Shown here in pieces: positions 38,660 through 52,519 of a DNA stretch of 64,000 bases. Numbering within the stretch: the stretch's first letter is position 1; every line of letters starts with the position of its first letter. Location: positions 27,342,001-27,406,000 of the forward strand of contig NC_043014.1 in the NCBI RefSeq assembly GCF_006345805.1, written 5' to 3'. Origin of the DNA: Octopus sinensis. Taxonomy: Eukaryota. Under the pieces are notes generated by a model that was given only the letters and a program-made list of their open reading frames with translations, was not told the origin of the DNA and did not search any database. The position numbers and the translations under genes are program-made.

Positions 38660-39352
38660 ACTTTCCATCCTTAATAATGAAACTTGGTAGATCCAAAAGT
38701 TAAACACACAGACAAAAACACAGATACACACACAGACACACAAGTTGAGTTTTATATATATAGATTTCTCAACGGGGATTTCAGGGGAGAGTTTCAGGGA
38801 GTCGCTGGTGGTGTATCGTGATGATGAAAAATCCGGCCTGCTAAAATTTGGTTAAAGTGATTCAAACTTCAGACTCAACGCAAAATGGTCACATTTAATT
38901 CAAAGCGTTAAAAATGTTATGAAAACAATTGGTATGTGTTCACAAAGTCCAAACGATTAATACGAAAAAACCCTCCAGGCTACATTCCGAAAATTCATTT
39001 CTTTGCCGAATTTCTACAATGTTTACGGCGATTCGTTTTTATATCTTGATTTTTTTATTTTTCATGCAATTTACGCATTCTTGCACGCGTGGTGAACACA
39101 GTTCACGTCAAACAGCTGACTGAGTAAAGTTCACTATTCAATGCATGGGATAAGGCCTAAACAAACATATTATCGATTTTTGCACTTGCGAGATGAATTT
39201 CGGAACAGAAATAGCGCAGTTCAATTTTCATTCGCCTAAACTTTAAGTGACCCATTTTTGGTGGTTCTACGATTTGTTGGCTAGGAGGAGATGTGCCGGG
39301 AAGTTCAACACACACACACACACACACACAAGTTGAGTTTTATATATATAGA
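38660..39352 (-). mobile_element. Two stacked Helitron-like 5' ends
   Basis: Minus-strand ATCTATATATATAAAACTCAACTTGTGTG at about 38764 and 39352, resembling the 5' end at 32453. Confidence 0.55.
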
Positions 39353-39374
39353 TATATATGTGTATGTCTGTGTG

Positions 39375-39517
<143 letters not shown>

Positions 39518-39621
39518 ATTATGTATGTATAGGGGAGAATTCACAAAAAAAACGAAAGACGAAAACAGGTTGTGTAGACAACAAACAGATGTATTAGTTT
39601 AACGCTCGGGAAGTGAAAAAG

Positions 39622-39658
39622 TTTTTAACGTTTCGAGCCTACGCTCTTCCACAGAAAG
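39622..39658 (-). ncRNA. Minimal hammerhead-like motif, variant core CUGUGGA
   Basis: Minus strand CTTT-CTGTGGA-A-GAGC(GTAG)GCTC-GAAA-CG-T-T-AAAA; same family as 4026. Confidence 0.5.
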
Positions 39659-39769
39659 GAACACAGAAAGAAACAGGAAGAGGAAATAAAGAATGTGTAG
39701 TGGCTAGCGATCTATCATGGCTAATGCCGGACAGAGGGGTCACACAGGAGAGCAAGGAAGAAGGGGAAA

Positions 39770-40680
39770 TAATAAAGTAGTGGTGATCCCAAATCGAAGG
39801 TGACCTTTACGTGTGCGTGTGTGCATGTGTATGTGTGTGGATGATGGTGTGGGGCTGGGAAGTGGTCAGTGCTAGTGTGTGCGTGGAGGTGTGATGTGAT
39901 GTGGTGTTGTGTTGTGTGGTATGGTGGTGTGTGGGGGTGTTGGGATGTGTGGGAGGCGAGAGTGGGGAAAGCAAGGTGGGGTGTGGGTTAGGCTGATGGT
40001 GGGGGTAGAGGTGGGGTATGTGGGAGTTGGTGTAAGGGATGGGGTGAGGGTTGGATGGGATGGATAAGGAAGGTGGGATGGATAAGGAAGGTGGGGTTGG
40101 ATTTTGTAGGGGTAAGGATGACGATAAAGGGAGAGGGGAAAGGGAGAAGGTGGGTAGGAGTGAAGAGTAGAGAGAAGGAGGGTAGGAGTAAAGAGAAGTA
40201 GGAGTCCGGGCAAGAGCGGAGAGGTGGGTAGGAGGAAGTAGGTGTGAGAAGAATAGAGGAGAAGGGAGGAGGCTTAAATGAAGAGGGGAAGAGAGTTGAG
40301 TTCATGTGGCGCAAAGGAGCGAAGAGAGAAGATTAATCCTTGTTCGCAGCGAAAACGGGAGTCCGGATGGCCCCTGTGTCATTGTTAGAAGTGCAGGAGA
40401 AGGAGTTGGTTATATGATCGGGTCGATGATGGGTGCCGGTGAAGAGGGTGGTGTTGGAGAGGCATGGGCAAGTGCGGCAGAGTGGGCGGGAGCAGGGAAA
40501 CAAGCCGAGCTGGGAGGTTGGGTTAGGGAAGAATTTGTGGACCAAGTGGTCTCGTAGGTTGTGGGCTCGTTTGAAGGAGTGGAGGGGTTGGTTAGGGAAG
40601 ATGTGCGAAGTGGAGGGGTTGGTTAGGGAAGATGTGCGAAGTGGAGGGGTCAGACTGGAGTCACTGGAAGGCTCGGGGAA
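39770..40680 (-). mobile_element. Penelope-like fragment (Cys-rich pre-endonuclease region) with a C-rich 3' tract
   Basis: GLFPCSRPLCRTCPCLSNTT..HITNSFSCTSNN resembles the PCxRxRCxTC..FTCxSxNVIY region. Confidence 0.65.
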
Positions 40681-41187
40681 TGCATATATGGATACAGGAC
40701 GTTACCAACTGTGTAAACAACAAGAAATACGTGGACAAACGAGTTAAATACGTAAACAACGAGAGAAAAACGGAAAACAGGACAAATAAGCACAGAGAAA
40801 CGGCCCTTCATCAGTTGTCGGTTGTCTATCTACTCCTCATTTCGAGCATTCAACAACAATATGAGTCTTCAAAGACAGTTGCTCCCATAAATTCTAAAAC
40901 AAATATTTAGGATTTATAGAGGGTCAAAGTTGGGAACAAAAGCAGGACAGTGGAGACATACAAGGAAACCGAACGAAAACATACATGGAGGGTCGTTAGA
41001 CCAGATCGAGAGGAAAATAGTGAACGGTGGGACAAGTATTTTTCTTTGAAAAGAGAAAAGATAGAAGAGAGAGAAAAAAAAACGTCCGTGCAGAAAAAGA
41101 AAGATGGTCACGTGAGAAAAGGAAAGATGGACGTTTCCCTTTTTTCTCTTGAGTATTTAACTCGTTTGTCTTCTAACTCAAGTGTCT

Positions 41188-41492
41188 TCTACTATAGCCT
41201 CAGGCTGACCAAAGCTTTGTAAGTGGATTTGATAGACAGAAACTGAAAGAAACCTGTCGTATATATCTATGCGTGTATGTCTTTGTTTCTGTTTCTCTCC
41301 AACCACCGCTTGACAACCGGTGTTGGTGTGTTTACGTTCACGTAAATTAGCAGTTCGGTAAAAGAGACCGATAGAATAAGTACTAGGCTTTAAAAATAAG
41401 TCCTGGGGCGATTTTTTCGACTAAACTCTTCAAGGTGGTGACCCTAGCATGGCTGCAGTCAAATGACTGAAACAAGTAAAAGGTAAAAGGTA
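41188..41492 (+). mobile_element. SINE family B, 5'-truncated
   Basis: AAGTGTCTTCTACTATAGCC..GATAGAATAAGTACTAGGC..GACTGAAACAAGTAAAAG. Confidence 0.85.
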
Positions 41493-41904
41493 TATAAAAA
41501 CTACATTATCCAACCTGTCCCTCCCATTTTATGACGATCGGTGTAATATTAAGGAGACTTAGATGTTATTTCTAGCAGTCCATGCAACCAAGTAAAGATG
41601 CCATTACTGACTCGTTGGCGAACTGAGATGAAGCGCCTTTCTCCAGTTTCGATTTGTAGAATCGCTCCAGATTTTGCACAGATTACCTTTAAAGTTCTCC
41701 TTATTGCAAGGACTGCGGGTATCCAGTCGGCGATATCTACATCCTTCCTCCGCTAGCATTCTCGGATGCCATGAATAAGGTCATATGAATAAGGTCATAT
41801 GAAACAATGAGTGATGAATGTAGCAGCATCTTACGTTTACTGTCTTATGAATCACATGATGCTTCCTAAATGAAATTGATATTTTTCTCCGTTATGTCCT
41901 ACAG

Positions 41905-41976
41905 GAACCGGCAGTGACAGACATAATCTCTTCAACACTTTTCATGAGAAACTTGATAACATCAGACAACATAGAG
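41905..41976 (+). CDS. Host gene exon C (72 nt, phase 1-1): (G)TGSDRHNLFNTFHEKLDNIRQHR
   Basis: TTTTTCTCCGTTATGTCCTACAG acceptor, AG|GTAACT donor, open phase-1 frame. Confidence 0.75.
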
Positions 41977-42088
41977 GTAACTAATAACATATATACTGAT
42001 TACTGAGTATGTTGATATAGTTCCTGGCTTAGATATTTTTCTTTATCTCCTCTCTCGGACTCTCCTCCTCTGTTCCCTTTCTTCCGCC

Positions 42089-42139
<51 letters not shown>

Positions 42140-42314
42140 ATAAACATATATATATACATACATACATATATAGATAGAAAGATAGATAGACAGATATATA
42201 TATATACATATATAATAAACACAATATATATATATATTTAAGAGATGAGGAATTATGTACATTATGTACATTATTTACATTTGATGGATATTTGTCCTCA
42301 TCTTGTTTGTTGTT

Positions 42315-42360
42315 AACACAACGTTTCGGCTGATATACCCTCCAGCCTTCATCAGGTGTT
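42315..42360 (-). ncRNA. Minimal type-I hammerhead, intact core, extra A after A9
   Basis: Minus strand AACAC-CTGATGA-A-GGCTG(10 nt)CAGCC-GAAA-CG-T-T-GTGTT. Confidence 0.8.
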
Positions 42361-42365
42361 TTGGA

Positions 42366-42396
<31 letters not shown>

Positions 42397-42931
42397 GAGT
42401 GAGAGAGCAGTGCATGCCATCAAAGTGATACTGGGGTAAAATATACGAAGCCCAGTATACCCATCATGACTACCCGTCTGATAAGGGTACACTAGACACA
42501 TGCATCACAACCATATGTACGCGACATGCTGATCTCATATCAAGATAAACAGCACATGACCTTGCAGGTGGGGCCCAGTTAGAATGTTCTTCTGGTCGAG
42601 TAACCCATCCCGCTCAAAAGGTCCCTGAATAAGGGTTGTTTAAGGATGTTGAACGAAACACCCATGTTTCCAAAGGTGAATTATCCAAACCTCCAAGAAT
42701 TCCTTTCAACACACGTTATGATGCCCCCCCACACACACACACAACACACACACACACATAAACATATATATATACATACATACATATATAGATAGAAAGA
42801 TAGATAGACAGATATATATATATACATATATAATAAACACAATATATATATATATTAAGAGATGAGGAATTATGTACATTATGTACATTATTTACATTTG
42901 ATGGATATTTGTCCTCATCTTGTTTGTTGTT

Positions 42932-42976
42932 AACACAACGTTTCGGCTGATATACCCTCCAGCCTCATCAGGTGTT
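42932..42976 (-). ncRNA. Minimal type-I hammerhead, second copy without the extra A
   Basis: Minus strand AACAC-CTGATGA-GGCTG(10 nt)CAGCC-GAAA-CG-T-T-GTGTT. Confidence 0.8.
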
Positions 42977-42981
42977 TTGGA

Positions 42982-43012
<31 letters not shown>

Positions 43013-43579
43013 GAGTGAGAGAGCAGTGCATGCCATCAAGTGATACTGGGGTAAAATATACGAAGCCCAGTATACCCATCATGACTACCCGTCTGATAAG
43101 GGTACACTAGACACATGCATCACAACCATATGTACGCGACATGCTGATCTCATATCAAGATAAACAGCACATGACCTTGCAGGTGGGGCCCAGTTAGAAT
43201 GTTCTTCTGGTCGAGTAACCCATCCCGCTCAAAAGGTCCCTGAATAAGGGTTGTTTAAGGATGTTGAACGAAACACCCATGTTTCCAAAGGTGAATTATC
43301 CAAACCTCCAAGAATTCCTTTCAACACACGGTTATGATGCCCCCCCACACACACACACACACACAAACACTAATTCTGCTCGTGATCAGAGATTCACATA
43401 TCTTCATCCACTAAGGAACATGGTCAACTGGTTAAGGTCAAACAACTGACAAGCAAATCTGTGGTATTGAGCAGAATATTTTCTGTAGCCCATCTTTTAT
43501 ACCAAGACAAACAATGTACATGATAACACTTCCGATCAGTTAAGATCAGAAGCCATGAGAGCCATTGGTGCTGATACAG

Positions 43580-43930
43580 ATTTAATCCGTTGGGAGAGGT
43601 GTTTCACAATTATTCAGTAGGAACTTAGGCTTTTGCTTACAACTATTGAAAATTTCAGATCTAGAGTTCAGCAGTGAGTTAGAGACCTTAGATCTGAAAA
43701 GGACTTGAGTCCTTTCAGCTACGCATCGCTTACATTTCTTTGATCCATTAACATATGGCAGGGTTTTTTCAACTGTTTTCCACTCTATGGTATGTGGTGT
43801 TGCGTTCGACTTCGAACCTAGTAGATTTGCTTCTTTCTGTATTATACTATATGCAATCTTCATTTCCACCACTACCACCCACTGTCTCCTTTTTAATATC
43901 TTACAAAATATCTTTTGCATTCTATAAAAA
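43580..43930 (-). mobile_element. Penelope-like endonuclease C-terminus
   Basis: IEWKTVEKTLPYVNGSKKCKRCVAERTQVL..LLNSRSEIFNSCKQKPKFLL. Confidence 0.8.
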
Positions 43931-44259
43931 TTATTTAATTGATTATTGTCTTTTATACATTAATATTTCGAAGATGACTTTTTATGTGTATATTGGAGGT
44001 GAAGAATGGATGTAACCATGATATTCTATGAATATGATGGTTTAGCCTTCTATATCTGTATTACCTTGTAAAATGTACAATAATACTATGTAATTTATAG
44101 CATATACAATAATGCAGACATGTAAAATAAGTTATTATATTCTAAAATAGATTATTGTTCCATGATGGCTGTGAAACGATTGTAATATTATGGGTACCAA
44201 CTGGTGAAATAAACATTCATATTATACCTCTTGGTTTTCTTAATATATTTATGCGTGTG

Positions 44260-44290
<31 letters not shown>

Positions 44291-44349
44291 ATATGGTACG
44301 CATTTATGTATGTATATATATATTTATATATGTATTTATGTGTGTGTGC

Positions 44350-44390
<41 letters not shown>

Positions 44391-44478
44391 TACATGTGTG
44401 TGTGTGTGTGTGTGTGTGTATATGGTACGCATTTATGTATGTATATATATATTTATATATGTATTTATGTGTGTGTGC

Positions 44479-44517
<39 letters not shown>

Positions 44518-44544
44518 TACATGTGTGTGTGTGTGTGTGTGTGT

Positions 44545-45392
44545 GTAGTGGCCGAAAGGTCACTGAGGGGTTGCAATCTTTGATCATTCTTTTATTTTTT
44601 GACCTTTTTTTCTTTTCATGGATTTTATGGATTAGGTTCTGGAAAATAATTATGAAAAAATATAGCACCGCACAACGCACCCAAGCGGTGAAATTGTTTT
44701 ATCAAAATCAGGGGTCAATTATTCAAATCCAAAGAGCACCAAAGAGAATCGCACCCCATAAAGTGTACAGTATGGTGTGAAATTATGGCGGATGAGATAA
44801 TCGGGTTTTTATTCTTTGAGGACGATGATGGGAATGTTGCCACTGTGACTGGTGAGTAGTACAGGTCATTGATCGAGAACTTTTTGCGCCCGGCCTTTCA
44901 AAATAGGTCCGATATGTATTTCAAGCAAGATGAGGCCCGATATATGGTTCCAGCAAGAGAAACAATACAGTTGCCGAGGCAATATTTTGGAGAGAAAAAT
45001 CATCTGTCGCTACTACGATGTCAACTCTCCATCGCGTTCCCCAGACTTGACCAGTCCTGATTTGTTGGGGTACCGCAAAGAGAAGGCTTATGACAACAAA
45101 CCAGAAACCCTGGAGCAATTGAAGGGGAATATCACTTGAGAAATCACGGAAACCCTTACAGCTGTCATGGAACATATTTTGGAAATGGCACGGATGTGTG
45201 AAGCTGAAAATGAATGCCATTGAAAAGATGTCCTTTTTCATACGTAATGCAGAGGTATGATGAAAAAGGACTAATGCAAATGAATTTCCATTATTTATTC
45301 TATATTGAATTAAACTTTCATACAACTATTTGTAAAAATTAGGGACCTTTTAAAAATTAAAACCCCTCAGTGACCTTTGGGGCCCCCTGTAT
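44545..45392 (+). mobile_element. Internally deleted Tc1/mariner element, probably rosa/DD41D-like
   Basis: TIR core AAAGGTCACTGAGGGGTT at 44555 is mirrored at about 45362-45380; MKKYSTAQRTQAVKLFYQN, HPIKCTVWC, YFKQDEA, RSPDLTSPD; the second-to-third Asp spacing is 130 nt with a frameshift. Confidence 0.8.
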
Positions 45393-45397
45393 ACACG

Positions 45398-45483
<86 letters not shown>

Positions 45484-45498
45484 TATATATATATATAT

Positions 45499-45560
<62 letters not shown>

Positions 45561-46585
45561 GTGCATACATACATAAATACATATAATTATGTATATGTGA
45601 AAGAATGATTTTAAAGAAAAGAGAACGTAGCAGAAATGTGGACAGCCCAGTAGTTTTATACAAAAGTTCGATTAATGAACCTATATTTACATTTTTAGCT
45701 CACGAACAAAGAGGCTTCGTAATATTTAAATTTTCCCAGTTCTTTTGATTTACACTTCACGCCGTGTTGTGCATAAAACAGATATTATGTGGTGGGGAGG
45801 TACACTAATATCCCTTATGACTATTGTATCAATGTGATCAAATACTGATATTGGCTAATCACTGTTAATTTCAAGAAAACACTGAAACAATTACTTCATA
45901 TTAGATAAATCAGCAAACCGCGTACCGATAAACAACAGGAATGGCAATGATCCCTATAGTAGCTCCCAATGACGCCAACTTAGTGATGAGATACTATGAA
46001 AAAATTTAGGATGAATCTTGTAAAATCAAACAGACCGATCTTGATAGGATTTAAGCTCAAAACGTAAAAAGCCGGAAGCAATACCGCAAGCTATCTTCCC
46101 CGGTGCTTTTACTAGATGGCGACTCTCCCTCAATCCACTGATTGTCCTAAAATAAAAAAGAAAGGAAATGCAAAAATAATGTAGTCTTGAAAGACTGTAA
46201 TGTTTCTGATCATAGGTCAGTCGATTAGTAGTGACCTGGGTCTTAACGACGACAACAACGCTCTTCTAACAGGAACTAGCAAGGAAGGCCTTTATAAATT
46301 CGTTAGAGTTACTAGGAAAAGCAGCCAATCTTCAAATCATGCATCTTACCAACTTATAAATTGATGCAGTGAACGTTTTACTCTCTGTTATTCAAATTAC
46401 AGGTGAGATGATCATAGCCGAAACACTTTTGATCATACATCTTTTCAAGCAGGATTGATCTAGTACTAAACGCAAACAACGGTAACAAAAACAATGACTC
46501 TGTTAATACTCTTCATTAGTACTTTTCGCTTACTAAGCTAAATTTCATTATTGTTTCACTCTAACTCTGTTTCTTTTGCTTTCAG

Positions 46586-46603
46586 AGGAAATGCGAGATG
46601 CTG
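46586..46603 (+). CDS. Host gene microexon D (18 nt, phase 1-1): (E)EMRDA
   Basis: CTAAC branch point, TGTTTCTTTTGCTTTCAG acceptor, G|GTATGA donor. Confidence 0.7.
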
Positions 46604-46959
46604 GTATGAAGGGTATTCATCTTAACTTCCCTTTCTTGAAGGGGCACAACTGTAAGACTCGTTAATTATTCTTATTCATCTCTGACATATTAGCAAACAT
46701 CAATGCGATGTCATTACATTGCCTCATATTACATTGCCTGTCCTTCCTGTATCCTACACTCAGAAAACTACTATTAATTGTACATACTTAACTAGATGCC
46801 AGGAAACTTTTCTAACTATTCTTGTATGCATGCCTTCACTTTTCTTTTTTATTTATTTATATTCTACGTAGAAAGAGGGAGTGGTCTCCAATAAAGAACG
46901 AAATCTCTGGAATTTGGATAACTTCAGCGATAATTTTTACATAAAGATTTACATATTTT

Positions 46960-46990
<31 letters not shown>

Positions 46991-47075
46991 CATCAAAATT
47001 CGTGTTTACCAGTCTGCTTCTTTGCTTCAAAATCCCCAGCTTTTTCAGATTTTCGTTTAGATTTACAAACCTATA

Positions 47076-47500
47076 GGCGCAGGCGTGGCTGTATAGTAAG
47101 AAATATGCTCCCCAACCGCTTGGTTCCGGGTTCAGTCTCACTGTGGCATCTTGGATTTGATAGACGGAAACTGAAAGGACCCGGTTATGTGTGTGTGTAT
47201 GTGTGTGTGTGTCCCCGTCTGTCTGTGTGTGTGTTTGTCTGTGTGTGCATGTGTGTGTGCGCGCGTGTGTATGTCTGTGACTATGTGTGTGTGTGTGTGT
47301 GCCTTTGAGTCTGTTTTTGTACCCCACCACCGCTAGATAATAATCGGTCTTGGCGTGTTTACACCTCGTAACTTAACGGTTCGGCAAAAGAATCTGATAG
47401 AATAAGTACCAGACCTTAAAAAATAAGTACTAGACTCGATTCGTCCTACTAAAATTCTTCCAGGTGGTACCCCAGCATGGCTGCAGTCTAATGACTGAAA
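47076..47500 (+). mobile_element. SINE family B
   Basis: GGCGTGGCTGTATAGTAAG..CCGGGTTCAGTC..GATAGAATAAGTACC..GACTGAAAC. Confidence 0.85.
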
Positions 47501-47559
47501 CAGTCTCCTTGATCCGTTTTGCTCGTTTGGTGGCAGTGGTTTCAGGTTCTTCATCTAAT

Positions 47560-48830
47560 TCAGGGTTAATGCCAAGTTCCCTTGCAAAGTTTCAAGCTTC
47601 CTTGACAACAGAATGTGATTTTTGCTGCTTTCGTGTTTGCACACGAGCTGCAGCATCTGTTCCTCTGTACTAGATTAGTACCTGTTCATTGCTATTGTGG
47701 AGGTCTTAAAGCACAGTTCTACCTGCATCATTCCTATTCCCCTTTTACTTTTAGGTCTGCTTTTGGGTGGTGCATGTTCTTAGATGTTAGTAGTTTTCTT
47801 GTCTTCCTATCCAGGCGTTGGAGTTCCGTAGGATTCCAGTTAATGAAGTTAAAACTATATTTGACTTCTGGAGGTGTTAAGGTGTTAATGGCTTCGATGC
47901 GATTTTTCGGGTTGAGCTCAGTTTTAAGTATAAATCTAATTCTCCTGTTATACTCCTTTCTTATTTTTTCCTTCGTAGTACCATGTTGTATACCATCTCC
48001 TTCGTTTATCCCCAAGTATTTATAACTCTCCTGTGGGTCAAGTTCCTTGATGATAGTGTCGGTATCTAACTTAACGGAAGCTGTTTGCCTGAGCTTACTT
48101 CTTACAAAAGTTGCTTTAGCGCACATATCGGGGCTAAAATCCATCCTGTTGTCACTTGCTAAACTTTTTAACAGTTGCGAGCAACCCAACTAGTTCCTGG
48201 TCATTTCTAGCAAACAGCTTCAGATCGTCCATATAAAATAGATGGTTTATTGTAGTATTATAAATTTTGTACTCATACCTGGCATTATTCAGTTCATTTG
48301 AGAGTGAGATCATGCAAAAGAGTAATGGGGAGAGGGAGTCACATTGAAAAATGCCTAGTTTGATGCTGATGTTGTTGGATTGGTTTATCCTATTTGTATG
48401 GTTTACAAGGAGACGCGTGTTCCACTTGGCCATGCTACCTTGTAAGAATTTAGAGACGACAGGGGAGATCTTATATATCTCAAGAGCCTTGAGTAGCCAA
48501 TTACGTGGGACACTATCAAACGCTTTGATATAGTCTATTCATGCCATACTCAGGTTCGTTTTGCTCTGGAAATTCTCCACAATCATTCTAGTTATCAGTA
48601 ATTGATCTTTTCACCCATAAGAATTTCTTTTACAACCTTTTTGAGCCTGTGGAAGGATACAGTTCTTTTCAAGGAAAGCGTATATTATTTCAGTGAGGAT
48701 CTTGTAGGGGATGTTGAGACATATTATTGGTCGGTAGTTTTTCGGATTTTTTGTGTCTTTAGTTTTTGGTAGAAGGTATGTTGTTCCTTCGGTCAGGCAG
48801 GTATTTGCTTTGGATTCTACATGACATCAG
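47560..48830 (-). mobile_element. R4/Dong-type LINE RT fragment
   Basis: QKGCK..KDQLLI, IDYIKAFDSVP, GIFQCDSLSPLLF, HLFYMDDLKLF, YKYLGI, LDRKTRKLLT. Confidence 0.9.
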
Positions 48831-48986
48831 TTAGAGATGTAGCGAAAGTTTAGTGTACTTCTGTCAAACATTTCAGTCAGAAGTTAGGGATCCGGTCCAG
48901 TCCTGGAGTTTTCCACTTATGAAACTTTCTAAGAACACATTTTTAACTCTTCTATTCCTATTGCCTCTAATTGTTGTTGTTGTTGG

Positions 48987-49045
<59 letters not shown>

Positions 49046-49344
49046 GCTCTGGTAGATTCTGTAACAGCGGACAACAGTCTGCTGTCAGAGGTCTGACATT
49101 ATCATTATTATTATTGAGTGAGAGAGCAGTTCATGCCATCAAAGTGACACTGGGGTAAAATATACGAAGCCCAATATACCCATCATGACTACCCGTCTGA
49201 TAAAGGTACACCAGGCACATGCATCACAACCATATGTGCGCGACATGGTGATCTCATATCAAGATAAACAGCACATGACCTTGCAGATGGGGCCCAGTTA
49301 GAATTTTCTTCTGGTTGAGTAGCCCATCCCGCTCAAACGGTCCC

Positions 49345-49415
<71 letters not shown>

Positions 49416-49859
49416 TCATATTTTAAAAGGATTGACATAACTCTTCACAAATAGACAATACGAAGAGCGTGATGCGATTGCAATAGATATTTTATTGGTT
49501 TGAATGATATTTCGACATCTTGCTTGTCTTTGTCGAGATCGAAATGAAAAGTGATACGCAAATTCAAAATTATAGAAATTCAAAAATTCAAATTCAAAAG
49601 TTTGAACGAAGGCAACCTCTGTTCCCACAATGACGGAATGACATCATCAGTCTTCAGTTTTCAAGTTTACAACTGGCAAATAGAAAAAAAAAGAGAACAA
49701 AAAAGAAAAGAAAAAAACGAAAAAGAAGAATAGTTAATCAAACGGTCTTGTGTAAATATGATGAAATTCCCTTGTCATTTTGTTTAACCCTTCAGGGCGT
49801 GATGCTAATAACTCACAAACATATTTTTCCTCATGCATTTTGAGGTCTGAAAGTGTAGC

Positions 49860-51720
49860 ACCTTCTGTGAAAATGATAACATTTCTGTTGATCCATGATG
49901 GACTACAGCAACAGCCCATATGTTGATGACAGTCACAAGGTTCTTTGAGTTGAGCTTTGATTTCAAGAGAAGTTTGAGGCGCTTCAAATATGCAGTGATG
50001 ACCTTGTCTTTCATTTCTCTGTGCAAGATATTATCCAACTCCAGGATCCCAAGGTACTTGTACCCATTATCATCCAGGTCTTCCATCCTCTCTCCGTTTG
50101 GCAGTTTTATGCCCCTACAATTAACTCTTTTCTCCCGCTTCAAAGTAAGCAACGCACATTTATCCTTGCTGCACATTTGCACAGTCTTCACCAGCCTCTC
50201 CGTTTCAGACTCTGCTTTTGCGAACAGTTTTAAATCATCTATGAAGAGAAGGTGGTTGAAACGAGGTCCGTTCTTTCTCAGCTCATAGTACACGTTGATT
50301 TTACGTAGGACTACAGAAAGCGGGGTCAAGGCTATAACAATTAACAGATGTGAACAAGAGTCTCCTTGGAAGATAACTCTTTTGATTGTTACCTCGGCGA
50401 AGTGCTGGTTGTTACAGGAAAGACACGTTTTCCAACTAGGCATACTGTTCTTAATCAGTGCACACACGTTCTAAGCTATTCCACGCATGTCGAGTTTCTA
50501 AAATCCACGAATGCGGTAACATGTCGTAAGCCTTTTTGAAGTCTATCCAGGCCATGCATAAGTTTTTTTGGTACCGTTTGCAGTTCATTATAACCTTGTC
50601 TTTCACAAGGTGGTCCCTGATGTCCTTGGATTCTTTTCGGCATCCCTTTTGTTCTACTGGCAGAAGATTGTTTTCCGCAAGGAACGTATATATTTTCCCT
50701 GCGAGGGTACCTGTTAATACTTTCCATAGGAGGTTAAGACAAGCAATGGGTCGGTAATTACCAACCTCATTGCCCTTTGACCGATCTTTCATTAACAATG
50801 TTGTTCTTCCTTCTACCATCCATTCCGGAACTGTAGCGCTCTGTAGGCAATTGTCTAATTTTAACGCAATTCTCTTGTGTATTGACCTAAACCACTTAAG
50901 CCATTAGCCTTGAATTTCGTCTGGTCCTGCTGCTTTCCAGTTTGGCAGCTTTGATATCTGTGCAATGACCTCTTCCGTTGTTATGCGCACATGGTCCGGT
51001 CGCGGAGCCTCCGGGTGGTGGATTTCGGATCTCACGGAATGAATCCACTCAGCACTGTAGCTGCGTGAAACTTCTTGCCTCCAGATGTTATTCCAAAACT
51101 CGCGGGTTTCTTCTGCTTCAGGAGGTGTATTATCTTCTGTATTTCCACCTAAGCCCTTAAAAAACTGCCTCTGGTTATTTGAGTTTTGCTGAAACTGCGG
51201 CATGCGATCAATGTAGCATTACATCATTAATGTTTTAACCTGCACACGTTGTTTTAGTGGTTTCATGACAGTTTTGAATCCTTTCATTTCTATTTAGTAT
51301 TTTGTGTTAAGATATGTCCTTGCCCTTTTTTTCATTTTTCCATTGCCCTTTTCACCACCCTTCTATGCGGCTCAGATCTTTATGCGAAGTTAGAATATCA
51401 CCTTCATTTCTCCGCTTCCACTGCGGCTCCTTCTGTCCCTCTACTTTCCTCTCTTTCTTTCTAACCAGTTCACCGACTAAAATTGAAGCGGATCTGATCA
51501 AGTCCCTTGTTTCTGTTAGATCTTTCAGAATCTCATCAACTGTTTGGGTCCTGATTTTCACATTGTTACGGTCGAAGGTTCTTAGATTCACCGGCTTGGT
51601 TTCTGTTCTTGTAATTCTTATATCATCGAGTCTTTTCCTGAGGTCCCTCTGCTCCTTAGTCATATCCTCTCTTATTTCAGGGTTTTCTACATTATTTTGA
51701 TTGGCCGGCCTCTCTCCTCC
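49860..51720 (-). mobile_element. Second R4/Dong-type LINE, pre-RT and RT fragment
   Basis: NWKAAGPDEIQG, NYRPIACLNLLWK, EQKGCRK, WIDFKKAYD, IFQGDS, HLLFIDDLKLF, YKYLGI. Confidence 0.9.
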
Positions 51721-51769
51721 ACTACAACTTCACCTTGCCTACGCATTCGCTAATCTTCTACTATGTTAT

Positions 51770-51834
51770 TCTCATTATTATTGTTGTTGTTGTTGTTGTT
51801 GTTGTTGTTCGTCTTCTTCTTCTTCTTCTTCTTC

Positions 51835-51907
<73 letters not shown>

Positions 51908-51925
51908 CATCATCATCATCATTAT
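51770..51925. repeat. Compound (TTG)(TTC)(TTA)(TCA) microsatellite
   Basis: Direct reading. Confidence 0.95.
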
Positions 51926-51928
51926 TAA

Positions 51929-52135
51929 AGCGGAGAGCTGGCAGAATCTTTAGCATACTGCACGAAATGTTTAGTGGCATTTCACTCGTCGCTACGTTCT
52001 CAGTTCAAATTCCACCGAGGCCGACTTTGCTTTTCATCTTTCAGGGGTCGATAAGTTATGTACCAGTGAAACACTGGGGTCGCTGTAGTCGACAAGTCTC
52101 CTTCCCGCAAGTTTTAGGCCTTGTGCTTTTAGTAG
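51929..52135 (+). mobile_element. SINE family A
   Basis: GAGAGCTGGCAGAATC..TCAGTTCAAATTCC..TTTTCATCTTTCAGGGGTCGAT. Confidence 0.85.
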
Positions 52136-52207
52136 AATAGATTATTATTATTATCATTATTATATTATTATTATTATATTATTATTATTATTATTATTGT
52201 TGTTATG

Positions 52208-52248
<41 letters not shown>

Positions 52249-52308
52249 TATCATTATCGTCATCTTCAGTCATTTCCTTATATTACTAATTATCATTAAT
52301 GTTTTCAG

Positions 52309-52371
52309 GGTTAATGAATCTAGGATACCCGTCAGCTCATTCACAAGGGTGGAAAGAGCCGAACCAAAGAG
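52309..52371 (+). CDS. Host gene exon E (63 nt, phase 1-1): (G)LMNLGYPSAHSQGWKEPNQR
   Basis: CTAAT branch point, TGTTTTCAG acceptor, AG|GTAAAT donor, open phase-1 frame (the phase-0 frame hits TAA). Confidence 0.7.
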
Positions 52372-52442
52372 GTAAATATATAATTTTTTTCACTTTCAGT
52401 TCTGATAATTACGGTGTGTATAATTTGTGTGTGTGTGTATGC

Positions 52443-52484
<42 letters not shown>

Positions 52485-52485
52485 A

Positions 52486-52519
<34 letters not shown>

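Larger units (their letters stand above)
42115..43360. repeat. Tandem duplication, 617-bp unit; each unit has a hammerhead and a retroelement 3' fragment (another copy at 49113-49345)
   Basis: Identical blocks offset by 617 bp; the differences seen are single-base indels and microsatellite length. Confidence 0.9.

Noticed and set aside
44280-44530. 129-bp duplication of a compound microsatellite
   Set aside because: Ordinary slippage or an assembly echo; no independent structure.
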